Position numbers and translations under genes: made by a program. Positions 50,361 to 64,000 of a stretch of DNA of 64,000 nt are shown piece after piece (the first letter of the stretch is position 1; every line of letters begins with the position of its first letter). Source of the DNA: Paraspadella gotoi (lineage: Eukaryota > Animalia > Chaetognatha); NCBI GenBank assembly GCA_051294375.1, contig CM119270.1, forward strand, positions 6,875,279 to 6,939,278, read 5' to 3'. The notes beneath the pieces were generated by a model that worked only from the letters and a program-made list of their open reading frames with translations, had not been told where the DNA came from and did not search any database.

Positions 50361-51490
50361 GAGATTACGAAAGCAAGTGACGGAGAAAGATATGTATTTT
50401 TTACAATTATTTATTTCTGTGCGTAGTTCTTTTATCGTGTTTCTTGTATTCTCTACGTCTCTCTTGTGTAATACTGTGTATATATACAGACAGGTTAGAT
50501 AGCTATTAGAGGCGAATCGTTGCGACAACAACTCGACAATGATGATGACTATATACTGTGTTAGGACGTGCTTTGTTATATCGAGTACATACTGATATAA
50601 GATGAATGTACATCTGAGGGTTTAAGGTACGTTCATCTGCTTGGAAAACGCGCAATTACAGAGGGAGCAAGACGCTCTACCATTTCCATATGATTCAAGC
50701 CTTTCCTTTTTATAGTTTTAAAGTTCAACCGGCTGCACCAGTGCACCAACGTCCACGATTGAGCTCTGGAACGGTCCCGGGAATCCTGCTTTCGGCCAAT
50801 CTCCGTGAGGTTCAGACCAGGTATAAGCGCCGTATTACCTTGAGGTAAGGGCAGTCTACTCGGGCTCGCGCGCAGCGCTGCTGACTCATTCTTCTGAGCG
50901 CCTCACGTGTCTATAGGGTTCTTTTTGCGTAATCACTGTAATACCTTCCCGACGGTCCTCTTGTATCACACTGCGGTTCCGGGAACTTCCCCAGCCTTAT
51001 ACCCGAAACGAGAAAGAACACTACACTAGCGTATAGGGAACTGACAATTATGACCGTGAGAGGACTGAGAGTCCGCTTGCGTCTACCATATAGTTTTGCC
51101 TGAGAGTCTAGAGGGTTTCTAGAATCCGGCATTCCTGGAAGCGTATTAGAGGTTTGACGAAAGGTCTGCAAAAAGGTCTATGGGTAAACAAAGAGTCATC
51201 GATGTATTGTTGTGTTTGCTAAGAATAAAAAAAATTTAAATATGTGAGTTTATCGGGTTGGAAAAGATAATCAGCAATCACGTGAATAATCACTGGGGAG
51301 CGCGATGTTTCAATAAAAAACCAACTACTTTGACGGTTTTTCTATTCATATCATAATTATGATACAGTTTGAATAGATCAAGAAACATAATGACAATGAA
51401 AAAAAAAAGTTTTTAATAGGTTTTACATATTTCTAAAATTAGTATCTTCACGATACGAATATTAATGCAAACTAGATTAACATCACAAGG
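49822..51490 (+). repeat. ~250-bp direct repeat pair (49822-50073 clean; 51221-51490 noisy)
   Basis: gaataaaaaaaatttaaatatgtgag...ctagattaacatcacaag occurs at both positions. Confidence 0.85.
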
Positions 51491-54234
51491 ACCTGTGTAG
51501 AATCGACGTACTATGCCGCGCTATATCCAATATAAGCCAAATGTATTGTAAATATACAACTGTTTTATGACCGTTATGATTGTTTGAAAGGTCTTTTGCA
51601 CCCATATCTTAACGACGCACTTATCATCACATATTATAAAAAAAAATAATTATATTATTGTCGCCGACCTAACACTTTTTATAAGCCAACGCGAGTGGCC
51701 TTCAGGCGGCATTTAAAAAAAAAATTTTGGGTATCTACTTATATAAGTTTTTCAAGAAAATGTATAAAAGTTCTTATTTAGGGAAGGTTCCACAAATCAA
51801 ACTACTGCGAATATCCCACCACCCATTGACATAGTTTAAAGCCTACTAATGGTATTCCTCGTCAGCTAAATAAAACGAAATGGTGACGAAGAAAGAACAC
51901 ATCGAACGAAGAACTATTGCTTTCCACTGATACTGGCAATTACCGCAAATGCCTCCTTAGTCCCATAATATTATAATTAAGCTTTGACAAAAAGTGATGA
52001 TCAGACTTTCTTCAGCAGAGAATTATCCAAGTCCCTTTTATTCTCCGCAAACAAATTTTTTTAGCATTCCTATTTAAAACGGACAATAACACTTTAATTC
52101 ATTAATCAGAAAGGCGTTAACTTACGATGGTCTCAGTGGCATAGGCACGTGGAGAAAACCATTACATCGTATTTGGTCCTGGAAATGGACGTACCAAATC
52201 GGCTGAATAGTTACATTTTGGATCTTAAATGATTAATGAAAATGCTAAAGTAAAAAAATGTGGTGAAACGGTGGCAAAACCTGGACAGATCTCATAACTC
52301 CACCGCACGCGAGGTATTAAAAATAAATACTATCGTTGATTAAAGAATTAATGCACTCTATAAATACCTAACATTAGCGACCGAATGCTCGTTTCTCCTA
52401 ACCCATCATCTTAACGTATTAACATTTTGTAATCGGTGTTTCTCATTATGGAAATCAATTTCAAAGGAGTAGATGAGGTGCGACAAGGCATCGGGCTGGC
52501 ATCTGCGCGATAAGCAAATTCAGATGGTCTATTGGACGACCTGGTTTGCCTTAGGAAAATGGGCCAAGATTTTCCTGGCCGAGAGGGAGTCGGCGAAGTT
52601 CAGATGTAGTGAAACTGATGAATACTCCGCACGATTCTATGCTGTAGGTATATTATCCAGGCCATAAGAGTCTCAAGGACAACGTTTTGCATCCGAGAGA
52701 ACTGTACATCTTGGCATACTAACCCGGAAGACATGACGACGGGTACTCTTGATGACGTGGTACTACATTATCGTAGTCTACGGACTTGAGGGCCAATACA
52801 TTTCACCATTGCACCGCAGAGCGCGGACGCAAGCCGCAATTAAACTTGAGCGAACCAAGTTCTTGCAGCGGTCGCTAGGAACACAACCGTAACGCCTCTG
52901 GTCTGTCGTTGGTATCTCGTTAAGTCGATCGCTGTTTTCGATTCAGTCATTTTAATATCTTTCGCTCAAAATCGCGTATATTTGAACTATAGCAGTATTA
53001 ATATCCACTAGCTTTCTAAATTTATTCCCGTGGCCGACTTTAAAAGAATGGAAAACTACCGCAATATTCATGCGAATGGTATACAGGCAAACAACCGTGC
53101 ATTGCTTGGTAACAGGATGATCGCTTCGACTCATCTCTTCTTACCAAAGGATAAATAGGAAACTCACTTCTGAAGATTTCTTACCAATGTCATTTCCAGC
53201 TGCCTGTGTGTTCAATATTTTAATCTTTTATTCTTATCGGAAGTTTATAGTGTGGTCTTGTAACCAAGATGCCCGTGGCAACAGAGGATATTTTGAAAAA
53301 AACAACATTGCACCTGGAAAGAGCGAGATGGCGATAATGCTGCAGCTTTGCTTTGTGGTCAAGAGCGCCTGTCACTTGCGTCATTGCTATGGGCGAGAGC
53401 GTGTATCCGTGCCCAGGCCCGTGCCTTGTATTCGGTTCACCAGGAAGCACTACCTGCTTGGGAGAAAGGTTTGTCAATTGTCCTAAGAAAAAATATTGAT
53501 CTTATTTAACATAGCTATCCTACATGAAATTAAATTTTATACCATTTTTGATTTTCCGTGAGTGACTCGCTTATATATTATATGTGGAAGCAAAATTAAG
53601 GAAATAAGGATAGAATGAGGAAAATCTATAATTAATGTCCATCTAAGCAAGATTAAGAGTATGACGAGTAAAGCCACTGCAGATAATTGACAGTATGAGC
53701 AATATGCAGTATGTAGTATAAAGAATTATTACTAGAGTATATTTTTAAATAATAGGATTTAAGAATGTTTTTATTTGTAATAAGGGTGGCAGTTACTGTA
53801 CAATCTCGTTTCGGAAAAGAAGTTTTGCTCGAACATTGGAGGCGAGACAATGATTTGTTGTAAATGAGCGCACGACAGAGCGAGCGTGAGGATTATGGCG
53901 TGTGAGCCTGCGGTACTTTGCGCCTATGGAGCCGTTGGGACGGAGCGGGAGTACGAGCGTTGTAACGCGAGGCAGGTTTAGACACCGACTCGGTTGAAAT
54001 AGCATGAAGAAATTCCCAAGCGACGAGGGAAAAGAGTAATAGGCGCGGGATAAAAAATATTATATCTTAAGCATTCACACATCCGCAGTCCTTGTTCCTA
54101 GGTGAGTCGTGCGCGAGTTACAATAGCTGAGCGTAGCCATGAGACTGAGGCAGTAGAGCGATATTCGTCAGCTCGACATGCTCGATATACACTCTTTTGG
54201 ATCATCATTNNNNNNNNNNNNNNNNNNNNNNNNN

Positions 54235-54302
<68 letters not shown>

Positions 54303-54330
54303 GAGGTGAGGAGGGGAGAAGGCGGTTAAA

Positions 54331-54448
54331 AAATAAATAGCGTTCATCATTTATTCTAAACACTTTTTGTCATTTAATTCATGTTTAATAAAATAAATAG
54401 CCTTCATCATTTATTCTAAACACTTTTTGTCATTTAATTCATGTTTAA
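54331..54448. repeat. Two-copy 60-bp tandem duplication
   Basis: aataaatagc(g/c)ttcatcatttattctaaacactttttgtcatttaattcatgtttaat occurs twice. Confidence 0.9.
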
Positions 54449-56672
54449 TTTTATCTATTTTTTTATAGTTGAGTATGAGTTTATATCACCTAAGTTTCTC
54501 GTACTAAAAATGCGAATTTAAAAGAAATATACATATATTTATATTATATATTATATATAAATATACATACCCGCAGATTCCAACAGAACTTGAGGGAAAG
54601 TGGAAAGGAAAGTGGGAATCAATGCTTAGGGAAAAAATGAAAAGAACGAAGGTGAGAAAATGGGAAAGGAGGAGTAGGAGGAGGAGGAGGAGGAGAATTA
54701 GAAAACAAAACGAATTTCGAATTAAAACTTTAAAAAAAAAAAAGAAAAAGAGAAGAAAAGAGGAAAAGAATCGAATTGTTGGCGCGTTGGGTGTTGGGGT
54801 GAAGACGATAAAGGTCAAAGGTCAAAAAAGGGGAAAATTTGAGGTCAAAAAGAAATAAAAGTTGAAGTACTTTCCTTTTGAAAGCGATTAATTTATCTAG
54901 CGAGTGAATGCAAATAGCTGAAAATATTTTATAGGGAAACTGCTTTAAATACATGTACTCAATTTTGAAATGATTAGCAATTAAAAATTAAGAAAAACTT
55001 TTCAAATGCTAAGAAATGATTTTCAATTTACGTTACATCGAATTAGTCGGTGTAGGAAGAGTGAAAAAAATTGGCTTCAACGAACGAAAACATAAAAAAA
55101 TTCGGGAGTTACGTAAACAGACGAGGAGTCTCGAATTTTCACGACGGCGGTTTTGATTTTTTGTGCGGGAAAAAAGTCGGAACAAAGTTAAGATTAAAAA
55201 AGTTTCGACTCTTTCTGGATGCACTGGCGATCTCTCTCGGTCTGCTCTTCTCTGCAGTCTCTCTCTCTCTCTCTCGATCTCTCGTCATCACGTCCTCGGT
55301 CGCGGTTGAGAGTCTCCTGCGCTCCTTCCTCGTCTCTCTCGGTACTGGTCGTTACTTCTCCTCTCCTCGTTCACGTCGCGCAGCCTCAGATCCAAAACAT
55401 TCGTCTGGCTGGCTCTCTCGATTCGGCCGGGCGTTTTTCTTTCACAGAATTCTTTAGTCCTTAAAACTTAGTTGTTTATGGCGTTAATTTATATTCGGCA
55501 TTTTAATCTGTGGGAGTTTTTATTGTTTTTTCTCCGTGGTGCTTTATATTGTTTCCTTNNNNNNNNNNNNNNNNNNNNNNNNNNNNNNNNNNNNNNNNNN
55601 NNNNNNNNNNNNNNNNNNNNNNNNNNNNNNNNNNNNNNNNNNNNNNNNNNNNNNNNNNNNNNNNNNNNNNNNNNNNNNNNNNNNNNNNNNNNNNNNNNNN
55701 NNNNNNNNNNNNNNNNNNNNNNNNNNNNNNNNNNNNNNNNNNNNNNNNNNNNNNCAAAAAAGAGAGAAAAAAATAAATTCTGAATATAAAAAATGTAAAA
55801 TAATAAAACAATTTAAACGAGTAATTGTAGTTTTTTTTCGGTCAATTCATTTATATTGTAAAAAGACTTTTACAGGAGTAATAAAACTTAAAATCCACCC
55901 TATGTTTTTTTTTTATAGATGTGCACGCGATCATTCAGAAATTGACATTTTTTTTTAGAAAAGCCGTTTCTAGCTGTTTTTTTGATTGTTCATGACAGAT
56001 TTTGGTTAAAAGGAAAACTTTTGACAATGGGGGTGGATAAAAAAATGTCATCATGATCGTCGTTCGTCGCGTGACATTTGAAAACTTAAAAACATCAACT
56101 TTTCGAAATAAAATCGTAAACAACTTCGATTAACGAATACAATTTGAACGAGGACGATGACGACGATGTCGACGACGATGACGACGAAAACGACGACGAA
56201 AAAAGCCATTAAAGAAGACGACGACGAAGACGAATCAGACAATTATGAAGACGAAGATGATTTCGCCACAAAAATGGAAACGAAGACGAAGACGACGACG
56301 ACGACGACGACGACGACGAAAACGACGAAACAGATCTCGTCAGGCCGCGAAAACTTTTTTTTCTTTTTCGACCTCGTCATAAATTTGAATCGAATAACGA
56401 AGAGAGAGAGAAAAGTCGATGAGTAAGAAATTAATTCCAGGCACCAGACAACTTTTACGGTACTCGCCGCTTTTTACGATTCTTTCTCTCTCCTTCGAGG
56501 CCGTGAAATACAGTGAATCGAGATTTTAATCGAACGAAACCGAATTAATTTGTCGAGAGATTTTTTTTTTATTATTTATTTCGTGAGAGTTTAAGATTTG
56601 ATTATTTTTTTTTGCCGGGATGTCTTAATCCAGTTTGTAGGAAAGCGAGAGAGAGCGAGGGAGAGAAGAGAT

Positions 56673-56704
<32 letters not shown>

Positions 56705-57368
56705 AGAGAAGAGAGAGAGATAGAGTAGAGATAGAGAGAGAGAGAGAGAAGAAGAGAGAGAGAGAGAGGGGAAGGGAGCGTGCAATTAAATGACATCCGT
56801 TCTAATGAGGCTAACAAATGACACTTCAATCTTCAATCTTAGTCATTGAAGGACCCGAGACTTTTCATTATATTTTACGTTGGTCATTAGGCTCGACGGT
56901 AATTAGTTGGGGTTTTTTTTGGTTTGACAATAGTTCATTGATTTAATTAAATTATTAAACGCACCTTTAACCCGTCGGTCTTTAATCTTTTTTTAAGTAT
57001 CATTTACAATTTGATTTTTTTTCCATTTTTTTTGTTTTAATCGCTCGGAGCAAATTCTTTATCTATTTTTAGAATTATCTCATTTTTTTCTTCCTTTTTT
57101 CTTTCTATGCTTTACTTTCTTCATTGTTCATTTTTACATCATTTTCCACTATTGTCAATTATTACAAAACGATGAAGTTTATTTCGCCATTTTTTGTAAT
57201 CGCAGCTTTTCAGACGTCGTTAGCGAAACCAATGAACAGATAAATCTCGTTGAGTCAAGTTGTCTTATGTCGTTTGTTTGGTCCTTTTGTTTCTTAAACT
57301 TTATTACATTGTAACAAATACAGATGATTGCAGGTAAGAGGATTAGGTAATTTAAAATATTGTAAATG

Positions 57369-57416
<48 letters not shown>

Positions 57417-58033
57417 CCAAAACTAAAGAGAAAAAAAGTCGAAGGAATTAATAAAACGAAAATAAAAAAAACCCGAAAAGATGTAAAAAAATTAATGGAG
57501 ACGCTAAAACAGAATAAAAACCCAATAAAAATGAGATAAAAACTGAATAAAAATGGGATAAAATGAGCGCGAGATTAAAATGGGTTTTTGAGTCGAATTG
57601 ACGAGGAATTTGTTCATAATTTTTGAGGTCATCATAACAATTAAAAGTTTTCAAATTTGAACGTCTGTTACATTTATTGATGAGCTACGAGGAAGATCAT
57701 TCCACAAAGACGACATTACTTTGCGTTAGCCTACTTTAATTATTTAAAATATCAGTGAAATATTAACTTTTAGAAAGTGAAAGTATATGTGGATCTCCGT
57801 TTACTCTTTTTGATTAAAAAAAATTTATATAGAAAAAAAAAGAAGCAACGTTTTTGTTTAAAGTTGTCAAATATAAATGAAATACGTTTTAAAAACACAT
57901 TTTCTTTAAAAAACAACTATTTATATATTTCGTCGGCGCAGCAAAGTGGCTGTCGCGGCCCGCAGCGTTTCTTTACAGAGACTTGTTCGAAAAATAAACA
58001 TTATAGTTCAGAAGAAGAAAGAGAGAGAGAGAG

Positions 58034-58075
<42 letters not shown>

Positions 58076-58778
58076 GAGAGAGAGATAGAGTGAAAAAGCC
58101 GGGCCAGTAGAAGAAAACATATTCATGAAAAGAAGGGGAAACTTTGTCTCTCCATTGAGAGAAGGCAAACTATCGGAAATCGTTTCCACAAAAAAAGGAG
58201 ACGAATTTTTTTCTTTCCTTTTCTTTCTTTTCTTTATTTTCTGTCTTTTACCCAAACTGTTGAGAAAAGTACTTTACCCTCGGAAGACTTTTTCATCCCA
58301 AGTTATCTTTTTTTTTTTAATAAATGTCTTATTTTTAAAAAGAAACTGGTAACTAAAAACGCGTTATGACCTTACTTTTTTTACTTTCTCTCTTTCCCTC
58401 TCTTTATCTCTCTCTTTATCTCTCATTCTTTGCCCCCCAGACATTGTAAATATAAACGTGTTTCTTTCCTTATTGCTTTGTCTATTTTTCGTTCATTTCC
58501 CGCTTATTTGTTTATTCCTTGAGGTTGCCTTAATGTATTTCTTCACTGTTTGCAACTTCTTGATACTTTTCATTTTTCTTATTTGCTGTATTGAAAATCT
58601 TCTTTTTTTTTCTATCTTTATTTTTTTTTTTAATTTTCTTATCACTTAAATTTTCTTAACACTCTCTGTTTTTTTTACCGTCTCAGACATTTGCAATCTC
58701 GCATTCTCTCTGTCTCTCTCTTTACCTCCTTCTTCAGTCAGTGTAAACAATCGGGCAACAAGTTGAGAAAGAGAGAGC

Positions 58779-58836
<58 letters not shown>

Positions 58837-59630
58837 AAGATAGTGAAAGAAAGAAAAAGTCTTTGCAAATCCCCACAGAAATCCACCGCGAAAATGTTTC
58901 TCTCGAGTTTTCGCCTCTTTGAGAGCAAGGATCGCCTCTTTGGCAGCTCCGTTCAACTTTCGTATGGAAATCAACTCGGACAATTAAATTTGCTTTTGGA
59001 TTAAATTAAGTTATCTCCCGATTTTCCCCATCGAGAGATAATTATGATTGAAGCTTCGGCAGGTAGGATGACCCGAAAAAAAAATACCTCGTCGATGCCT
59101 AAACCGAAATAGTTGTTAGTTGATATATATCTTGTCGGTGAACTTTTACCCAATCAAATCGTATTAAGCTAATTCAACGTACAAGTAAGCGAATAGATTA
59201 CGTACGATTCATAATCGTTAAAATTGATCTGAAATCAATAGAAAGGATAATTTTGAGGAAAACAGAAACGGTTAAGGGAAATTAGTAGATCAATTAAATC
59301 GGAGAGAATTTATCCGGGACCTTAATCCTTATTCGTTCATTCATTCCTTCATTCATTCATTCATTCATTCATTTATTCATTTTTACACTTATTCATGCAA
59401 ACATTTATTTTGAAATATATCTATACATGTATTAATATAATTATTCATTATTTCATGCATTTATATATTCATCCATTTTTTTAATTTTGATTAATTTATC
59501 TTTCCTCAATTCTTAGAATAATTAACTTAATTCATTAATTTTTTAGTGGTTAGACAGGAACAAGTCTTTCGGAGTCCTTGTGTGACACACACATCCTTTT
59601 GCAATTCATGGTACGAGAAGGTTCTTCGTC

Positions 59631-59694
<64 letters not shown>

Positions 59695-59822
59695 TTCCCT
59701 TCCTCTCCGGTTTGACAGGCTTAGGGTTCTCCGAAATTAGTAAATCCAGTTTTTTTTATTTGGTCCCTAAATTTCCGAGTTCAATACCTAAAAAAAAAGG
59801 AAAAAACAAAAAGTAAAACAAA

Positions 59823-62800
59823 ATGGTTGACGTCGAAAACGCCTCGATCTTTCTCGGCGATTTTTGCGGCGATTCTCCCATCTGGGACCCGGATGTCACG
59901 TGGAATTCACGTAGTCCGGATGTAACTCTTTGCTTCATGGACGCGACTACGGCCTTGATTCCCTGTATCTTTCTCCTCGTCGCCGTTCTTCTTCGCCCTC
60001 GCGTCTTGAGACGGCGTAAAAGTTCGCCGTTGCCCGCCAAGGACGATCAATGGCGAATTCGTCGCACCGCACAGGCGATCTTCGCTATTGTCGCTTTAGC
60101 CACGACCATCGCTGAGTTCACAATCATTCTTGGATCGTCATTTTCATCATCATTGTCAATTAATTTGTCATTTTCTTCGTCCGCATCTACGTTATCTTTC
60201 CCAGCCACCTCATCAGTGTCGTTGTTGCCCTCATCTTCGATGTCGTCAACATATTCATTATCATCATCTTCATCACTATCATTATCAATATCATCACAAT
60301 CATCTTCATTGTCATCGACTCTGCCCTCCCCATCATTGTTGTCATTATCGCCTTCGAGTGTAATGTTGTCTTTGACACACCCACTCCTTTCCTCCACATC
60401 TTCTCAAGCAATAACATTTTCATCAGCAATGTCATTGCCCACACCGTTATCATTAAGGCCCTCTCATTCCCATTCCCTCCCATTACCATTAACTTCTATT
60501 TCATCACCAACTTTTCATCAGCTACAGATGCGTGTAAACCAATCTTCTTCATTATCAATACTAGGGCCGAGTCCTTCTTTATCACCATCTACTATGTCAT
60601 TAGTTTTACTGTCATCATCATCATCTACATCGTCGCTTCTACCGACATCGTCATCGTCATTGGAGTCTCCATCGTCATCGCCTTTGACATCTTCGTCTTT
60701 CTACGATTCGCCGGCACCGATCGTCCACCGCGCGATTCTTATCGTCGCTCTCATCGTCGTCGTCGTCGTTACTCAGCGATCGAAATTCGATCCAACAGTC
60801 GCCTCCTCCTCTCTTCTCTTTGCATTCTGGCTGCTGCACCTTCTCAGCCACACGCTCAAGCTGCAGCACTTTTCGCGTGCAGCCGCGGGTGAAGTCGCTT
60901 TCGTCGACGAGGAATTGGAGACGAAACTCTTCGCAACTGTCGTCATTACGGCGGGGGCGGCTCTGGTCTCGTTGGCGCTAGTTGGCGGAGAAGAAGGAAA
61001 ACGTCAAGGTTCGCCGCTGGATTCCGCTTGCGTCGCATCGAAGTGGACTTTCTTTTGGATGATGCCTTTGTTGATGAGAGGATTCAAAAACCCGCTCGAG
61101 ATGAAGCACTTGCCTCCTTTGCCGTTTAAGATGAAGATTGAAAATCTTGTAGAACGATTTTACCAAGAATATGGGAGAAATTTCAGGGATAGAAATGTCC
61201 AAGCAATAAAATTTACTACAGAATCTCCCTTCAATGCTACTTATCTTCCATCTATCTTCAAAGTTCTCTTTTCCTGCCACTTGAGTTCGCTTTTATTTCA
61301 AGCGTTCCTGAGAATATTGTTCATTGCAAACGATTTGGTTAAAACTGTCTGCTTAGGTTATTTGCTCCAGCATTTATCAGACAGATATGAGGAGACAACA
61401 GTGAGCATTTGGTATTGGAATGCATCTTTCTACATTGTACTTATCTTTATCGTCACTATTGCCCAAACTTATTGTCATAACTTTTTCTGGTTTTACACTA
61501 ACACTCTCGGCTTGAAGGTGCAAAGTGCTCTGACTGTTGCCATTTTTGATAAGAGTCTTCGAGTGACATCAGGTCATTCCCAATCAACTAGTGTTGGAGA
61601 GATAGTCAATCTAATGAGTGTCGATGCTAGAAAGTTTTATGAAGGCATACAACTCTTTGTCTTGGGGCTTCTTATCCCCCTTCACGTAATTCTGGCAATG
61701 TGGATGCTACATAATCAGATTGGCTCGGCAGCCTTTGCGGGAATCGCCTGTTTGGTGGCGCTGTTGCCTATCAACGCCGTGATTGCCATCAAAATAAAAA
61801 ATTTGCAGCAACGACACATGAAGCTGAAAGACACGAGAGTAAAGATGATGAACGAAATCTTGAACGGCATCAAAGTTCTTAAGTTTTACGCCTGGGAGGA
61901 ATCCTTTCTGAAGCGCGTGGAAGAAGTTCGAAAACAGGAATTAAAGGTATTGGGCCTTCAACTTCTATGGCAGGGAATAGTGAGATTTTTAACAGAAGCG
62001 GCTCCGATGATCGTCGTCATTGTTTCAATTTCCGTGTTTTTTCTGATATCAGAAGAGAAGCTTACAGCTGCGAAAGCATTCATGTCGTTGTCCATTCTCA
62101 ACAGCATTCGAATTTCATTGTCATTGTTTCCCACGAGTCTTCTATTCAATGTCCACATGTTTGTCTCGGGCCGAAGGATTGACGCATTTCTTACGAGGAG
62201 AGAAATTGATTCAGATGACGTCGATCATGAATCTATTGAAGGAATCTCAGTGAGGGTCGAACATGCATCTTTTTCGTGGGAGAGAGGTGAACCACCGTTT
62301 CTTCAAGATTTGACCTTCGACCTGAAGGTCGGGCAGATGCTTGCTTTGGTCGGTGGCGTTGGCGCTGGGAAATCTGCAGTGATCAAAGCCATTCTGGGAG
62401 AAATGAACAAAGTCACAGGGACTGTTAATACCCCTACAAAAATTGCCTACGTATCTCAGCACCATGGATACAAAATGGTACCGTTAAATGTAACATTCTC
62501 TTCGGCAATGAGATGCTAAAGAGTGGTACATTCCGTCCTCGCGGCCACTGCATTGGGACCAGATTTGGAGAATTTTCCAGCGGGAGATGAACCGAGATTG
62601 GCGAAGAGGAGTCATCTTTCGGCGGACAAAACTTCGTATTTCTCTGGCCAGAGCCATCTACGCTGACGTGGATCTTTATCTCCTGGATGATCCACTCTCC
62701 GCTGTTGACACTCAAGTTGGGATGTACATCTTTGACAAAGTCCTCTCGGCTGGAGGCCTCCTGGGCAAAAAGAGTCGGATTGTAGTTACAAACGCTTTGA

Positions 62801-64000
62801 ACCACCTTCCTCAAATGGACGGCATAATCTGTCTGAGCAGAGGCAGAATTGAGCGAAATGGCAGCTTAATAAACTTAAAGAGCAACGATGGACGTTTTTC
62901 AAATTTCTTAAACAGATTCAGAGAACAATTTAAACAGAATTCGGACTTGGAAAGGACGCCATTAAGTTTGAACGTGAGAGAATCCGGAATGAAAATTGTG
63001 AAGGACAAGATGAATGGTCGACTGACGACAGTTGAAAATGTTAACCATGGCATGGTCAGTTTCCGTGCGTATCTAGATTACCTAAAAACCACAGGACGGT
63101 TAACGGCTTCAATGTTTTTCATCTCCTTTACTCTGTCACGCGCCTTTGAAATCGGTACTAATTTAACTCTCGCGGATTGGATGGACGAAATTCAAAATAT
63201 AACTGCGCCACCTGGGTGCAAATAAAAATCAATGTCAAATCAATAAACGAGAAAAAAAATATAATTAGCATTTATAAACTTTAAAACTATGGGAAAAAAA
63301 NNNNNNNNNNTCATTAGATTTTTGATTAAAAATATAACTTATCGTGTTTTTTATATGCTCCCTGGTTTATTAGCGCAAACTCAACTCTTTCGGCCGACAT
63401 AAACTCTCGCTACCTACTTCCTTACGTCCTCGTCGGACTCTCCTCCTCCACATTCCTCCTTATATCCGTCGTCTTACACATCTTCGGTTCCCTTTCCGCC
63501 TCTCGTCGTCTCCATGGCAACCTCACGCGGCGCGTCTTGGAGAGTCCCCTCTCATTCTTCGACGTCACCCCATTGGGTCGAATAGTGAATCGTTTCTCCG
63601 TCGACATGGATATTATCGACGCCAAAATCCCGAACGATCTCTTTTTCGCTTACGGCGGAATCTTCTACGGGGTCGGCTCCTTCGCGGCGATATCCCTGGT
63701 AAAGCCGTGGTTCTTGCTCGGCGTACCTTTCCTCGTCGGAGGCTTCGTCGCAGTCCAACGGGTCTACTTGCGCTCTGCTCGTCAGCTGAGGCGATTAGAG
63801 TCCACATCGCGGTCTCCTATATTCTCATTATTCGGCGAAACATTGCGAGGAATGTCCGTCTTGCGCGCCTTCAAGAAGCAGGACGACTTCAAAGGGGAAG
63901 CTCGGTTTCGAGTCGCCGAGAATCTGAGAGCAGCGTTTTACATGAGGTCGACGAACATTGTCTTATCGTTCGTCTTGGAACAGATGGCATCGTTGATCGT
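59823..64000 (+). CDS. ABCC: ABCC/MRP1-like long-form ABC transporter (TMD0-TMD1-NBD1-TMD2), truncated by the window end
   Basis: MRP N-terminus FCGDSPIWD..PDVTLCF; lasso region WTFFWMMPLLMRGF; GEIVNLMSVDA; NEILNGIKVLKFYAWE; Walker A GGVGAGKS; Walker B YLLDDPLSAVD. After one intron (63216-63373) come FFDVTPLGRIVNRFSVD and RQLRRLESTSRSPIFS. Frameshifts cluster at ~62455-62635. Confidence 0.95.

Noticed and set aside
53187-53486. Faint resemblance of short ORFs to an exosome Rrp40/Rrp4 N-terminus (minus, KQVVLPGEP..GPG) or a Piwi C-terminus (plus, VSVPRP)
   Set aside because: Only a few residues match, there are no supporting exons, and the region is low quality; not supportable without a search.
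39975-64000. Acyltransferase plus ABCC exporter as a biosynthetic gene cluster
   Set aside because: They are 18 kb apart with unrelated genes between, and no adenylation, carrier or tailoring enzymes are visible; proximity alone is insufficient.

Overview
Eukaryotic, most likely invertebrate-animal, genomic DNA from a gap-filled draft assembly. It is AT-rich, has GT-AG introns and is saturated with microsatellites. About 20 kb of the left half (4010-22118) is a redundant, indel-riddled copy of 24075-42180 and looks like raw long reads pasted into gaps, so the trustworthy copy is ~28067-42180. Manual splicing recovers: (1) an ~11-exon ankyrin-repeat gene on the minus strand (43472 to ~30360), probably ASB-like because a SOCS-box exon lies further downstream; (2) inside its 6.9-kb intron 2, a 6-exon plus-strand gene for a ~600-aa BLUF-fold TEX47/DYBLUP/MOT7-like protein; (3) inside that gene's last intron, on the same strand, an intronless 518-aa membrane-anchored HHxxxDG condensation-domain/acyltransferase gene, giving three-level gene nesting; (4) a minus-strand SH2 adaptor gene whose SH2 domain is split by a 144-aa low-complexity insert; (5) a nearly intronless ABCC/MRP transporter with a ~190-aa Ser-rich insert, running off the window end. 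A tRNA-derived SINE-like element and several minisatellites are also present. All family calls come from motif recognition by eye, not from database searches.
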